Assembly (NCBI GenBank): GCA_035703635.1
Contig: DASSXV010000012.1
Location: 1 to 32,781 of the forward strand
Origin: Trueperaceae bacterium
GTDB taxonomy: Bacteria; Deinococcota; Deinococci; Deinococcales; Trueperaceae
DNA length: 32,781 nt
Direction of reading: 5' to 3'
Of this stretch, positions 18,590-27,725 are shown piece by piece. Below the pieces are notes generated by a model, which saw only the letters and a program-made list of their open reading frames with translations, did not search any database and was not told the origin of the DNA. The number at the start of each line of letters is the position of its first letter. Within the stretch, counting starts at the first letter, position 1. Made by a program: the position numbers and the translations under genes.

Positions 18590-20764
18590 ATGATCTACTT
18601 CGTGGTGCGCCTGCTCGTCTACACCCTCTCGGCTGCGGTGGTGCTCAACGTCGTGCCTGGCCTCCTAGCTCGCGGCACTGAGGCGCCGGCGGCCACCTTG
18701 CCGCCGATCCTCGCCTACTTGGTCGTGGGCACGGTGTTCGGGATCCTGCACTCCTTCGTGCGGCCTATCATGCTCTTCTTCACCGGCCGCCTTTACATCT
18801 GGTCGCTCGGGCTGGTGGCGCTCCTCGTCGACATCCTCATCTTCTTGGGCCTCAGCTACTTAGCGCAGGAAGGGTGGGCTGACCCCACCAAGCGCCTGCT
18901 CTCGGCGGCAGGCGGCGCCGTGTTGATGGGAGTGCTGGTGTCGGCCATGGACGCCATCGTGGGCTTCGATAGCCCGCGCCTGCCGGGAGAAACTCGCGCC
19001 TCGCCAGCTTACTGGCGTTGGCTGGAGCGCCTCCCGGGGCGGCAGCGCAACCGTTTCGCGGAGAGCCTGCGCACCGTGCAGCTCATCACGATCTTGCGCT
19101 CGTACGTCGTCGACATCGCCCTCGGTTTCACGTTCCTCGCACCCGTGCGCAACTTCATGAAGCGCGCCCTCTACCGCGTGCGGCCGCGACTGGTGGAGGA
19201 GAACCCGGCCGTCAAGCTGCGCCTCATGCTTCAGGAGCTGGGGCCGACGTTCGTGAAGTTCGGGCAGTTGGTGGCGGCGCGCATCGAGGTCCTGCCGGGG
19301 ACGTGGCGCGAGGAGCTAGAGCAACTCCAAGACCACGTGCGGCCGTTCACCTTCGCCGAGGCGTCCGCCCTCGTGGAGCGCGAGTTGAAGCAGCCCCTCA
19401 GCAAGGCGTTCGCGAGCTTCGACCCCGTGCCATTGGCCGCCGCCTCCATGGGCCAGGTGCACGCGGCGACGCTTCCGGACGGCACTCCAGTAGTAGTCAA
19501 GGTCCAGCGCCCCAACATCGACCTGCTCGTGCGCAGCGACCTGAACGTGCTGCGCGACCTGATTGCCACCCTGGAAGCGCGCCTCGCCCGCCTGCGGCGC
19601 TTGGGTCTGTCGCCGCTGTTCGACGAGTTCGCCGACATGGTCGTGGCGGAGCTGGATTTCGACAACGAGGCCTACCAGGCCGAGCAACTCAAGCACAACA
19701 TGCTTGAGTTTCCGTTCGTGCACGTGCCCGCCGTCTTCCCAGACTGGTCTGGGCCGCGCATCCTCACTCTGGAACGCGTCACGGGCGTGAAGATCACCGA
19801 CGTGGACGCGCTTGGCCTTAGCGAGCGTGGGCGGCGCGCGCTGGCGCTGCGTTTCTTTCAGGTGCTCCTGCAGCAGGTCGTGATCGACGGGTTCTTCCAC
19901 GCCGACTTGCACGGCGGCAACGTCTGGTACGACCGCCAGCGACGCCAGATCGTGTTCCTCGACATGGGCCAAGTGGGCCAGCTCTCGCGCGCGGACCGCG
20001 TGCGCCTCGCCCAGCTCATCTGGGCGCTGCACGACCGCGCTGCCGGGCCGACGGCGCAAGTCCTCCTCGCCCTGTGCCAACCGCACCCGCAGGTAGACCG
20101 ACCGGCACTGGAACGCGACGTGCGCCGCCTGCTGAACCGTCACCTCGTGCTACGCAAAGCCGACCCCGACGTCGGCGAGCTGCTCGGCGAGCTGATGACC
20201 TTGCTCATGCGCAGCGGCCTGCGACTGCGGCGCGAGTTCACCTTGGCCTTCAAGTCCATGGGGCAGGGCGAGGCCGTGATGCGCAGCCTCATGGGCGACG
20301 AGGGTGCCGACGAGGTCGTCGACATCGCTTACCGCACCATGCGCGACCTCGTGATCAAGCGCCTCGACCCGCGCAAGTTCGTGCCCGAAGTCGTGGGCCC
20401 GATCACGCGCGAGGGGTTGGGGCGCCTGCCGAACTTGGTGAGCGCCGCCTTCAACATCCTCGAGGACTTCGAGCAGGGCCGCACGGCGCTGCAACTTGAC
20501 GCCAGCTCGCTCTCGCACCGCCTAGCGTCTGTGGAGCGCGGTTTCGAGCACGGCTTCCGGCGCATGGTGCTAAGCATCTCGCTCGTGGGCCTCATGCTCG
20601 CGTCCGCCCTCGTGCTGGTGGCGCCGCTAACGGAGATCGTGGAGCCCACGGAGCGCATCATCATCCGGTTGGCGGCGATCGTTGCCGTGTCCGTCAGCTC
20701 GGCGTCTACGGTGGTGGTGCTGGCTGGCGTCATGCTGCCGCGGCGCAATCAGGACCGCGGCTGA
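18590..20764 (+). CDS. AarF/UbiB (ABC1) family kinase with N-terminal 4-TM YvlD/holin-superfamily-IV-like domain and C-terminal TM helices
   Basis: LGPTFVKFGQ, LAAASMGQVH, VVKVQRP, ELDFDNEA, GFFHADLHGGN, FLDMG; the hydrophobic N-terminus (VVPG...FGILHSFVRPIM...SLGLVALLVD) is YvlD-like. Confidence 0.88.
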   Translation: MIYFVVRLLVYTLSAAVVLNVVPGLLARGTEAPAATLPPILAYLVVGTVFGILHSFVRPIMLFFTGRLYIWSLGLVALLVDILIFLGLSYLAQEGWADPTKRLLSAAGGAVLMGVLVSAMDAIVGFDSPRLPGETRASPAYWRWLERLPGRQRNRFAESLRTVQLITILRSYVVDIALGFTFLAPVRNFMKRALYRVRPRLVEENPAVKLRLMLQELGPTFVKFGQLVAARIEVLPGTWREELEQLQDHVRPFTFAEASALVERELKQPLSKAFASFDPVPLAAASMGQVHAATLPDGTPVVVKVQRPNIDLLVRSDLNVLRDLIATLEARLARLRRLGLSPLFDEFADMVVAELDFDNEAYQAEQLKHNMLEFPFVHVPAVFPDWSGPRILTLERVTGVKITDVDALGLSERGRRALALRFFQVLLQQVVIDGFFHADLHGGNVWYDRQRRQIVFLDMGQVGQLSRADRVRLAQLIWALHDRAAGPTAQVLLALCQPHPQVDRPALERDVRRLLNRHLVLRKADPDVGELLGELMTLLMRSGLRLRREFTLAFKSMGQGEAVMRSLMGDEGADEVVDIAYRTMRDLVIKRLDPRKFVPEVVGPITREGLGRLPNLVSAAFNILEDFEQGRTALQLDASSLSHRLASVERGFEHGFRRMVLSISLVGLMLASALVLVAPLTEIVEPTERIIIRLAAIVAVSVSSASTVVVLAGVMLPRRNQDRG

Positions 20765-20766
20765 AC

Positions 20767-21102
20767 TCAGGCGGCGGGGCTGGCTACCGCCGCCAGGGTG
20801 ATGAGCACGGCAGCTGCCGCGGTCGAGTCGTTCCTCGGGCTGACCATGAGTTCACCGGAGAAGCTGACGAGTTCGTTCTCCTTGAGCGGGTGAGGTACGC
20901 CGTCGAGGAACACCGTGGCTTCACCGACCATGCCCTGGATGGTGACGTTGCAACCAGGGTGGTTGTGCAGCGGCATGCCCTGACCCGACTCCATGGTCAG
21001 GTAGAGCATGGTGAGGCCGGGTTCCTTGACTAGAAAGCGCTTGCTCGGGCCGGAGCTGTCCGGGACGAAGCAGGCGCTGAGGTCGTGACGCGAGAGTGAC
21101 AT
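20767..21102 (-). CDS. cupin domain-containing protein
   Basis: GQGMPLHNHPG...GEATVFLDG...LKENELV matches the cupin motifs. Start at ATG 21102 (21114 is an alternative). Confidence 0.8.
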   Translation of the reverse strand: MSLSRHDLSACFVPDSSGPSKRFLVKEPGLTMLYLTMESGQGMPLHNHPGCNVTIQGMVGEATVFLDGVPHPLKENELVSFSGELMVSPRNDSTAAAAVLITLAAVASPAA

Positions 21103-21162
21103 GCAGGCCAGCATCTCATCTCGGCTGGCGCCGTGCCTTGACTCAGGTTAGGTCTGGTCGGA

Positions 21163-22359
21163 CTAGCCTGCCGAGACCCTGCGCCCCGCCCGCGCAGCGA
21201 AGTCGTCTAGAACGCCTGTGACTTCGTTGGCGACCCACATGCGCGAGCGCGCCTTGCCAGTGAACTCGCGAAGGATGCTCGCCTCCTCGAGTTGGCCAAG
21301 CGCCCTAAGCGCAGCTACGGCCGACACGCCGAAGTTCCGCTCGACGAATGCCGAGTTGACCACCGGTTGACTCGGTAAGGCGTCGAGTAACCGCCAGGCA
21401 ACGGAGTCCCTCCGCGCCACTAGTCGTTCGGTCCAGTTAGCGCGTATGGTCACGAGCTCGCCCAGCAACCACCTTCCGTTGCTCGTGGCGGCAAAGACGG
21501 CATCGCTGAGGGCGAAGACGATCGCGTCGAGGTCTCCGCGGCGGTAGGCGTCTAACGCCGCGAAGTAACCACGCGTATCCGTCAGGAGGCCGGCGGACAC
21601 GGGCACCGTTACTGACCTGACCAAACCGCGGCCTTTCAGCAGCGCGTGGAGGAGTGCTCTGCCCGTTCGGCCGTTACCGTCAGGGAACGGGTGAATCGTC
21701 TCGAACTGAGCGTGCGCAACGGCGGCCTGGACGATGACGGGCAGGTCGTCTCGCGCCATGAACGCCACCAGGTCGCTCATCGCATCTGCAACGCGGTCTG
21801 GGTGCGGCGGCACGAAATCGGCCATGTGCGGTCCGGCTCCGTGCCCACCGATCCAGACCTGCGCGCTCCGCCACGCTCGTACTGCTAGGTCTCCTAGCAG
21901 AGCCTCTTGCACCGCGATCATGGCTGCTGCGTCAAGCGTCTCAGACAGCGCCGAGGCCGCCTCCATGGCGTGCACGTTGGCGGCTATCAAGCCTGCGTTC
22001 TTCGTTGCGCTCTCACCCAACGTTGCGACGGCTACTTGGCGCGCGCCTGACGTCAAGTTCTCGATCTGCGACGACGAAGCCGACTCGCTGCGCAACAAGA
22101 CAGCGGTTAACGGGGCGAGTTCCTTGATAGCGGACTGCTCAGCGTCGAACCGCGCCAACTCCTCTGCCGATTCAGCAGCTGCGAGGCGCGCTTCCTTCGA
22201 TGGCACGGGCTCTAGTCCTGCGATCCGTGGCACGACTGCCGCTTGGTACGGACCGCTGTGCCTGCGTCTTGCCGCTCGACTCTGACCGTACTGCAGCAGG
22301 CCGACGTCCCACTTCCGCTCTTCATACGCAACTTGCGGCCAAGCCGGAAGGTTCGCCAC
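21163..22359 (-). CDS. Fic family protein (class II-like) with C-terminal wHTH-like region
   Basis: Intact HPFPDGNGRTGR motif; N-terminal inhibitory motif SSQIEN; extended -10 TGnTAAGCT 6 nt before the GTG. Confidence 0.92.
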   Translation of the reverse strand: MANLPAWPQVAYEERKWDVGLLQYGQSRAARRRHSGPYQAAVVPRIAGLEPVPSKEARLAAAESAEELARFDAEQSAIKELAPLTAVLLRSESASSSQIENLTSGARQVAVATLGESATKNAGLIAANVHAMEAASALSETLDAAAMIAVQEALLGDLAVRAWRSAQVWIGGHGAGPHMADFVPPHPDRVADAMSDLVAFMARDDLPVIVQAAVAHAQFETIHPFPDGNGRTGRALLHALLKGRGLVRSVTVPVSAGLLTDTRGYFAALDAYRRGDLDAIVFALSDAVFAATSNGRWLLGELVTIRANWTERLVARRDSVAWRLLDALPSQPVVNSAFVERNFGVSAVAALRALGQLEEASILREFTGKARSRMWVANEVTGVLDDFAARAGRRVSAG

Positions 22360-22365
22360 TTCGCC

Positions 22366-22404
22366 AGCTTAACATACGTTAACCTATTAGCGTTAAATAA
22401 CGCT
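22366..22404 (-). promoter_or_regulatory. AT-rich fic promoter with two inverted repeats (candidate operator)
   Basis: -10 box TAAGCT at 22371-22366; TTAAC-ATAC-GTTAA at 22369-22382; AGCGTTA-AA-TAACGCT at 22389-22404. Confidence 0.6.
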
Positions 22405-22429
22405 CCCCGCTATTCAACCTTCCCGGGTC

Positions 22430-24823
22430 CTAACGCTCCCCGACGTACACAGCCAGGTGCTGCCCTGTAAGCGTCGCGTGCTCAGCGACGAGGTCAGCAG
22501 GCGTGCCCTCGAACACCACGCGCCCGCCCTCGTGCCCCGCACCGGGACCGAGGTCGATGATCCAGTCAGCGTGCGCCATCACGGCCTGGTGGTGCTCGAT
22601 GACGATCACCGATTTGCCTGCATCGACGAGGCGGTCGAGTAGTCCGAGGAGTTGCTCGACGTCCGCGAGGTGCAGGCCCGTCGTTGGCTCGTCGAGGACG
22701 TACACGCCGCCCTTCTCGCCCAAGTGAGTGGCTAGCTTGAGGCGCTGACGCTCGCCGCCAGACAAGGTCGTCAGGGGCTGGCCGAGGCTGAGGTAACCGA
22801 GGCCGACGTCGGCAAGGCGCTGCAGGATGGCGTGCGCGGCCGGGAGGCGCGCCTCGCCCGCGCCGAAGAAGGTCTCGGCCTCCGCAACCGGCATAGCGAG
22901 GACCTCGCTGATGTCGCGGCCGCCGAAGTGGTACTCGAGCACCGCGGCCTGGAAGCGCTTGCCGCCGCACTCCTCACAAGTAGTGGCGACGCTGGCCATG
23001 ATGCCCAGGTCGGTGTAGACCACGCCAGCGCCGTTGCACACGGGGCAGGCGCCCTCGGAGTTGGGGCTGAACAGCCCAGGCTTGACGCCGTTGGCCTTGG
23101 CGAACGCCTTGCGGATGGGGTCGAGCAACCCGGTGTAGGTGGCTGGGTTACTCCGCCGCGAGCCCTTGATGGCGCCCTGATCGATAGCGACCACGCCGGG
23201 CAGGCCAGCAACGGAGCCGTGGATGAGCGAACTCTTGCCCGAGCCAGCGACGCCCGTCACGACGACGAGCACGCCTAGCGGGATGTCCACGTCGACGTTC
23301 TGCAAGTTATGGGTGTTAGCGCCGCGCACCTCAAGGGCGCCCTTGGCCTTGCGCACCTTAGGCTTGAGCGCCGCGCGATCGTCTAAGTGCCTGCCAGTCA
23401 GGGTGCCGCTGGTGCGCAGGCCAGCCACCGAACCGGAGAACACGACCTCTCCACCTGCCGTACCCGCGCCCGGGCCAAGGTCAACGACGTGGTCTGCCAC
23501 TTCGATGACCTCCGGCTTATGCTCGACGACCAGCACCGTGTTGCCCTTGTCGCGGAGGCGCAGCAGGAGCTCGTTCATGCGCTCGATGTCGTGGGGGTGC
23601 AGCCCGATGGTCGGCTCGTCGAACACGTACGTGATGTCGGTAAGCGCAGAGCCGAGGTGACGGATCATCTTGGTGCGCTGCGCCTCGCCGCCAGACAGGG
23701 TGCCCGCCGGACGGTCTAGGGAGAGGTAACCGAGTCCGATCTCGACGAACGAGTCGAGCGTGTCGCGCAACGTGTCAAGCAGCGGCTCCAAACCCGGCTC
23801 CTGAATGGTGCGCACCCAGTCGGCCAAGTCGCTAATCTGCATGGCGCAGGCGTCCGCGATGCTCTTGCCCGCGATCTTCGACGAGCGCGCGCCCTCGTTG
23901 AGACGCGTTCCGCCGCACTCTGGGCAGGTCTGGAACGTGATGACGCGCTCGACGAACGCCCTGATGTGCGGCTGCATGGCTTCAGGGTCCTTGTTGAGCA
24001 TCGTCTTCTGGAGCTTGGGTATCAGCCCCTCGTACGTCAAGTTGATGCCCTCGACCTTGATCTTGGTGGGCTCCTTGTAAAGCAGGTCGTTGAGCTCGCG
24101 CTTGTTGAACTTGCCGAGCGGCTTGTCCATGTCGAAGTAGCCAGAGCCAGCGAAGATGCGCCCGTACCAGCCGTCCATGCTGTAACCGGGCACGTTGAGA
24201 GCGCCTTGGCTCAGCGACTTGTCGGCATCGAACAGGGTCGCCAGGTCGAAGTCAGTGACCGTGCCCCTGCCCTCACAGCGGGGGCACATGCCGCCAGTTA
24301 TCGAGAAGCTCCTCGCCTCCGTCACCTGTGAGCCCGCGCGTTCGACGGTCACCGCGCCCTTGCCGCTAACGGAAGCGACGTTGAAGGAGAACGCCTGCGG
24401 CGAGCCGATGTGCGGCTGCCCGAGGCGGCTGAAGAGGATGCGCAAGACGGCGTTAGCGTCTGTGGCCGTGCCCACGGTGGAGCGCACGTTCGCGCCCATC
24501 GGCTCCTGGTCGACGATGATGGCCGTCGTGAGGCCCTCGAGCACGTCGACGTCCGGCCGCGCCAAGTTCGGCATGAAGCCCTGCACGAACGCGCTGTAGG
24601 TCTCGTTGATCATGCGTTGCGACTCGGCGGCGATGGTGTCGAACACGAGCGAGCTCTTGCCCGACCCTGACACGCCCGTGAAGACCGTCAAGCGCCGCTT
24701 CGGCAGCTCGAGCGATACGTTCTTGAGGTTGTTCTCGCGCGCACCCTGAACGCGAATGACATCGTGGCCGTCCGCCGCGTGGCGAGCTAGCTGTTCGGCG
24801 ACCGGTTGTTCTCTCGTGCTCAT
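22430..24823 (-). CDS. uvrA: UvrA-family ATPase, short class II (UvrA2/DrrC-like) paralogue
   Basis: GARENNLKN, two Walker A motifs ([18 protein letters not shown]), LSGGEAQR and LSGGERQR, CxxC zinc motifs. At 797 aa it is shorter than canonical UvrA. Confidence 0.9.
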   Translation of the reverse strand: MSTREQPVAEQLARHAADGHDVIRVQGARENNLKNVSLELPKRRLTVFTGVSGSGKSSLVFDTIAAESQRMINETYSAFVQGFMPNLARPDVDVLEGLTTAIIVDQEPMGANVRSTVGTATDANAVLRILFSRLGQPHIGSPQAFSFNVASVSGKGAVTVERAGSQVTEARSFSITGGMCPRCEGRGTVTDFDLATLFDADKSLSQGALNVPGYSMDGWYGRIFAGSGYFDMDKPLGKFNKRELNDLLYKEPTKIKVEGINLTYEGLIPKLQKTMLNKDPEAMQPHIRAFVERVITFQTCPECGGTRLNEGARSSKIAGKSIADACAMQISDLADWVRTIQEPGLEPLLDTLRDTLDSFVEIGLGYLSLDRPAGTLSGGEAQRTKMIRHLGSALTDITYVFDEPTIGLHPHDIERMNELLLRLRDKGNTVLVVEHKPEVIEVADHVVDLGPGAGTAGGEVVFSGSVAGLRTSGTLTGRHLDDRAALKPKVRKAKGALEVRGANTHNLQNVDVDIPLGVLVVVTGVAGSGKSSLIHGSVAGLPGVVAIDQGAIKGSRRSNPATYTGLLDPIRKAFAKANGVKPGLFSPNSEGACPVCNGAGVVYTDLGIMASVATTCEECGGKRFQAAVLEYHFGGRDISEVLAMPVAEAETFFGAGEARLPAAHAILQRLADVGLGYLSLGQPLTTLSGGERQRLKLATHLGEKGGVYVLDEPTTGLHLADVEQLLGLLDRLVDAGKSVIVIEHHQAVMAHADWIIDLGPGAGHEGGRVVFEGTPADLVAEHATLTGQHLAVYVGER

Positions 24824-24882
24824 CTAGACTCCGTCGTTTCTAGCGTGGGCGCCAGGGCTCGGCCGCCGCGCCAGCGCGCAGC

Positions 24883-25293
24883 TCAGGGCCGCTCTTGAAT
24901 GCGGAGGAGGTTGCCAGCCGGGTCGCGGACGGCGCAGTCGCGCACGCCGTAGGGCTGCTGCGTTGGTTCCTGCACTACTTCCGCTCCGCTCGCCCTGATG
25001 CGCTCGAAGGCGGCGTCCAGGTCTTTGGTCGCCAATACGATGGTCGCGTAAGTGCCCTTGGCGAGCATCTCGTTGATCATGTTGCGTTCCTCGTCCGTCA
25101 GGCCGGGCGTTGCGGCCGGTGGGTACAGGACGATCGCCGTGCTCGGCTGGTCCGGTGCGCCGACGGTTATCCAGCGCATGCCGCCGTAGCCAACGTCGAG
25201 GCGAACCTCGAAGCCGATGGCGTCACGGTAGAAGGCCAGCGAGGCGTCTGGGTCAAGCTGCGGGAGGAAACTCGAGTAGATGGTGATGTCCAT
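24883..25293 (-). CDS. VOC (glyoxalase/bleomycin resistance) family protein
   Basis: SLAFYRDAIGFEV...QEPTQQPYGVRDCAVRDPAGNLLRI; TAGAAT lies 7 nt before ATG 25293. Confidence 0.92.
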   Translation of the reverse strand: MDITIYSSFLPQLDPDASLAFYRDAIGFEVRLDVGYGGMRWITVGAPDQPSTAIVLYPPAATPGLTDEERNMINEMLAKGTYATIVLATKDLDAAFERIRASGAEVVQEPTQQPYGVRDCAVRDPAGNLLRIQERP

Positions 25294-25303
25294 GGCCGCC
25301 ATT

Positions 25304-25792
25304 CTAGGAGCCTACGTTCTGCAGCGCTTCTCGATTCCTGACCGGTCTCGTCACGTGCTTGGCGACGCACGCTGGCAGCCCGATGGTGGCGAGGGCCTCG
25401 CTGCGTTGGTAGACGCTGGGCGGCACACCGACGAGCTCCTTGAAGCGCGTGCTGAAGGTCCCTAGCGAGGTGCAGCCAACCGCGAAGCACACGTCCGTGA
25501 CGCTGAGGTCGCCGCGGCGCAGGAGCGCCATGGCGCGCTCGATGCGCCGCGTCATCAAGTAGCTGTAAGGCGGCTCGCCGAAAGCGAGGCGGAACTGGCG
25601 GCTAAGGTGCCCGGCCGACATGTGAACCGCGCTCGCGAGCGCTTCCACGTTCAGGGGGAGGACGTAATCGCGGTCGATGCGGTCGCGCACTCGTCTGAGC
25701 CGGCGCAGGTCGTGCAGGCGCTGCTCGTCCAGGACGACCCTTTCGTCCGGCTCCGCGCCCTTGAGCAGCTCGCTTGCCTGGTCGCTTGCCAC
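25304..25792 (-). CDS. AraC family transcriptional regulator (HTH-only)
   Basis: LASAVHMSAGHLSRQFRLAFGEPP...VCFAVGCTSLGTFSTRFKELVGVPPSVY. Confidence 0.92.
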   Translation of the reverse strand: MASDQASELLKGAEPDERVVLDEQRLHDLRRLRRVRDRIDRDYVLPLNVEALASAVHMSAGHLSRQFRLAFGEPPYSYLMTRRIERAMALLRRGDLSVTDVCFAVGCTSLGTFSTRFKELVGVPPSVYQRSEALATIGLPACVAKHVTRPVRNREALQNVGS

Positions 25793-25861
25793 GGTCGCGA
25801 TGATGCCACACTTGCGCGGCGCCAGTAGCTACCGCGGCCACACGCCCGTATGCTGCCGGGC

Positions 25862-26509
25862 GTGAACTGGCTAGCCAGCGTGAACTGGGTTGAGATCCTC
25901 GTCTGGGTTGGCACGCTGACCTTCGCGGCCTCCGGGGCGCTCGTCGCGGTGCGGCAGCGCTTCGACATCATCGGCGTGCTCGTGCTTGCCACCGTCACCG
26001 CCATCGGCGGCGGCTCCATCCGCGACGTCATGGTGGGTGCACTGCCCCCAGCTTCCCTCTCCAACGAGGCGCTGCTCTGGGGCGTCGGCCTCACCGCCAT
26101 GGCGGTGTTCGTCTTCCACCACCGCCTGCGCGAAGATAGCCGCCTTCTCTACGCACTAGACACGTTCGGCCTCGCGCTGTTCGCCGCCCTCGGTGCAGAG
26201 CGCGGCATGGCGTACGGCATGGGGCCGTGGGGCACCGTCTTCGCCGGCGCCGTCTCTGGCGTTGGCGGTGGGGTGCTACGCGACGTGCTCGTCGGGCAGG
26301 TACCCGGCATCTTCTACCGCTTTGGCGACTTCTACGCCTCGGCGGCGGCGCTTGGCGCGCTCGCGTACTTCCTGCTGCACGGCCTCGACTCGCACCTCGC
26401 CCTGGCGGCCGCCGTCGCCGTTACCTTGGTGGTGCGCATCGGCAGCCGCGTGCTGAAGCTCAAGTTGCCGGTGCCGCGCTCGGCGCCGACTGGCCAGCGG
26501 GAAAAGTAG
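25862..26509 (+). CDS. trimeric intracellular cation channel (TRIC, UPF0126/YadS-like) membrane protein
   Basis: FAASGA...FDIIG...TAIGGGSIRD and its repeat SGVGGGVLRD; TATGCT -10 box 7 nt before GTG 25862. Confidence 0.9.
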   Translation: MNWLASVNWVEILVWVGTLTFAASGALVAVRQRFDIIGVLVLATVTAIGGGSIRDVMVGALPPASLSNEALLWGVGLTAMAVFVFHHRLREDSRLLYALDTFGLALFAALGAERGMAYGMGPWGTVFAGAVSGVGGGVLRDVLVGQVPGIFYRFGDFYASAAALGALAYFLLHGLDSHLALAAAVAVTLVVRIGSRVLKLKLPVPRSAPTGQREK

Positions 26510-26514
26510 CGCCG

Positions 26515-26883
26515 CTACAAGAGCCACCACACGAGGCCGTAGGCCGCCGCTCCAGCTAGGGTGGCGCTCGCGACGCCACGCCGCCAGCGGAAGACCAAGG
26601 CGGTGACGACCACGCCAACCAGCGCGGCGCCAGCGGCGCGGACCTCCTCACGACCAACGCCCCCGGCAACGACCTCACGCGCGAACGGCGCGATGTACGG
26701 CGCTAGCGCCGCCGCCAGCAGCGCGGCCACGGCGCCAAGGCCGACGCTCGACAGGAACTTGCCAAGCGGCCCAGCCAGTGCCCCGTTTGAGCGTCCTCGC
26801 CCCCCGAAGTGCGTAGGCAGGTAGCGGAACAAGTAGGTGCCGACGCCGACCGTCACGCACACGAGCACGAACGTGAGGCTCAC
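26515..26883 (-). CDS. azlD: AzlD family branched-chain amino acid exporter small subunit
   Basis: GVGTYLFRYLP motif; small hydrophobic protein; start overlaps the azlC stop. Confidence 0.82.
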   Translation of the reverse strand: MSLTFVLVCVTVGVGTYLFRYLPTHFGGRGRSNGALAGPLGKFLSSVGLGAVAALLAAALAPYIAPFAREVVAGGVGREEVRAAGAALVGVVVTALVFRWRRGVASATLAGAAAYGLVWWLL

Positions 26884-27620
26884 GGGCGCTCCCCAGCGCT
26901 GGTGGGGTCCGCCCTACTCGTGATGAGGACGCCAGCGAGCCCACCACCCAGCATGCCAAGCAAGATCCCGGTGCTGGCGCTGAGGAGCGCAGCTCCGAGC
27001 GCGAAGGCGAGCATGGCGACCACGATCACGGGCCACTGCCGCCGCTCGAACATGGCGAGGAGCAGCGAGAGGAACAGCGCGGGCATGAGGAAGGCGAGGG
27101 CCGCGTCGACAGCCGGCCAGCGCTCGAACGCCCCGCCGCCGAGGAGGGCGCCGACGACCGTGCCGGACACCCAAGCCGCGTAAGCGCCAAGGCCGATGCC
27201 CGCCTGCCACGCCTCACGCCAGTGCAACTGTCGACCAGCAACGCGCGCGGCGGCGCTCGCGAACACCTCGTCAGTCAGGCCGTGCGCCCAGAACCAAGAC
27301 CAGCGGGTGGAGACGGCGCCGGCCCCCGTCCGCCGCACCAACGTCAAGAGCGCGGGGGCGTAAAGGAGGTGGCGTGCGTTCATGGCTAGTAGGGAGGCGA
27401 CGGCAAGCAGTGGGGACGCGTTGCCTGCCAGGAGGGCGACGGCCAGGAACTGGCTGGCGCCAGCGTAGATGACGATCGACATGAAGGCAGCCTCTGCGAA
27501 GCTGAAGCCCGTCTTGGCCGCGGTAACCCCGAACGACACCGCCACGGGAAAGTACGCGAGGGCGATGGGCAGGCTGCCGAGCAGTCCGTTCCCGAAGCGC
27601 CCAGTGGCCTCTCGCTCCAT
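26880..27620 (-). CDS. azlC: AzlC family branched-chain amino acid exporter permease
   Basis: PIALAYFPVAVSFG, YAGASQF, NARHLLY, GLTDEVFA; TACGCT lies 8 nt before ATG 27620. Confidence 0.9.
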   Translation of the reverse strand: MEREATGRFGNGLLGSLPIALAYFPVAVSFGVTAAKTGFSFAEAAFMSIVIYAGASQFLAVALLAGNASPLLAVASLLAMNARHLLYAPALLTLVRRTGAGAVSTRWSWFWAHGLTDEVFASAAARVAGRQLHWREAWQAGIGLGAYAAWVSGTVVGALLGGGAFERWPAVDAALAFLMPALFLSLLLAMFERRQWPVIVVAMLAFALGAALLSASTGILLGMLGGGLAGVLITSRADPTSAGERP

Positions 27621-27725
27621 GAGGGTCCAGCGTACCCGTCCACTGGCCGATGCCACCAGTCCACGCTAGAGCAGGCGAGCCAGTCATGAACGGCCGCTCG
27701 CTGGCCCGTCGAGTAGCATCTCCCA

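Noticed and set aside
18590-18970. Prophage lysis cassette suggested by the holin-like domain
   Set aside because: The domain is fused to a kinase, and no endolysin, structural or integrase genes are present.
22398-22442. 12-bp direct repeat TAACGCTCCCCG (22398 and 22431) as an att site or target duplication
   Set aside because: The copies are only 33 bp apart, enclose no element, and there is no integrase or transposase in the window.
22430-24823. Housekeeping nucleotide excision repair UvrA
   Set aside because: Short length and the AraC-VOC context fit a class II paralogue; no uvrB or uvrC nearby.
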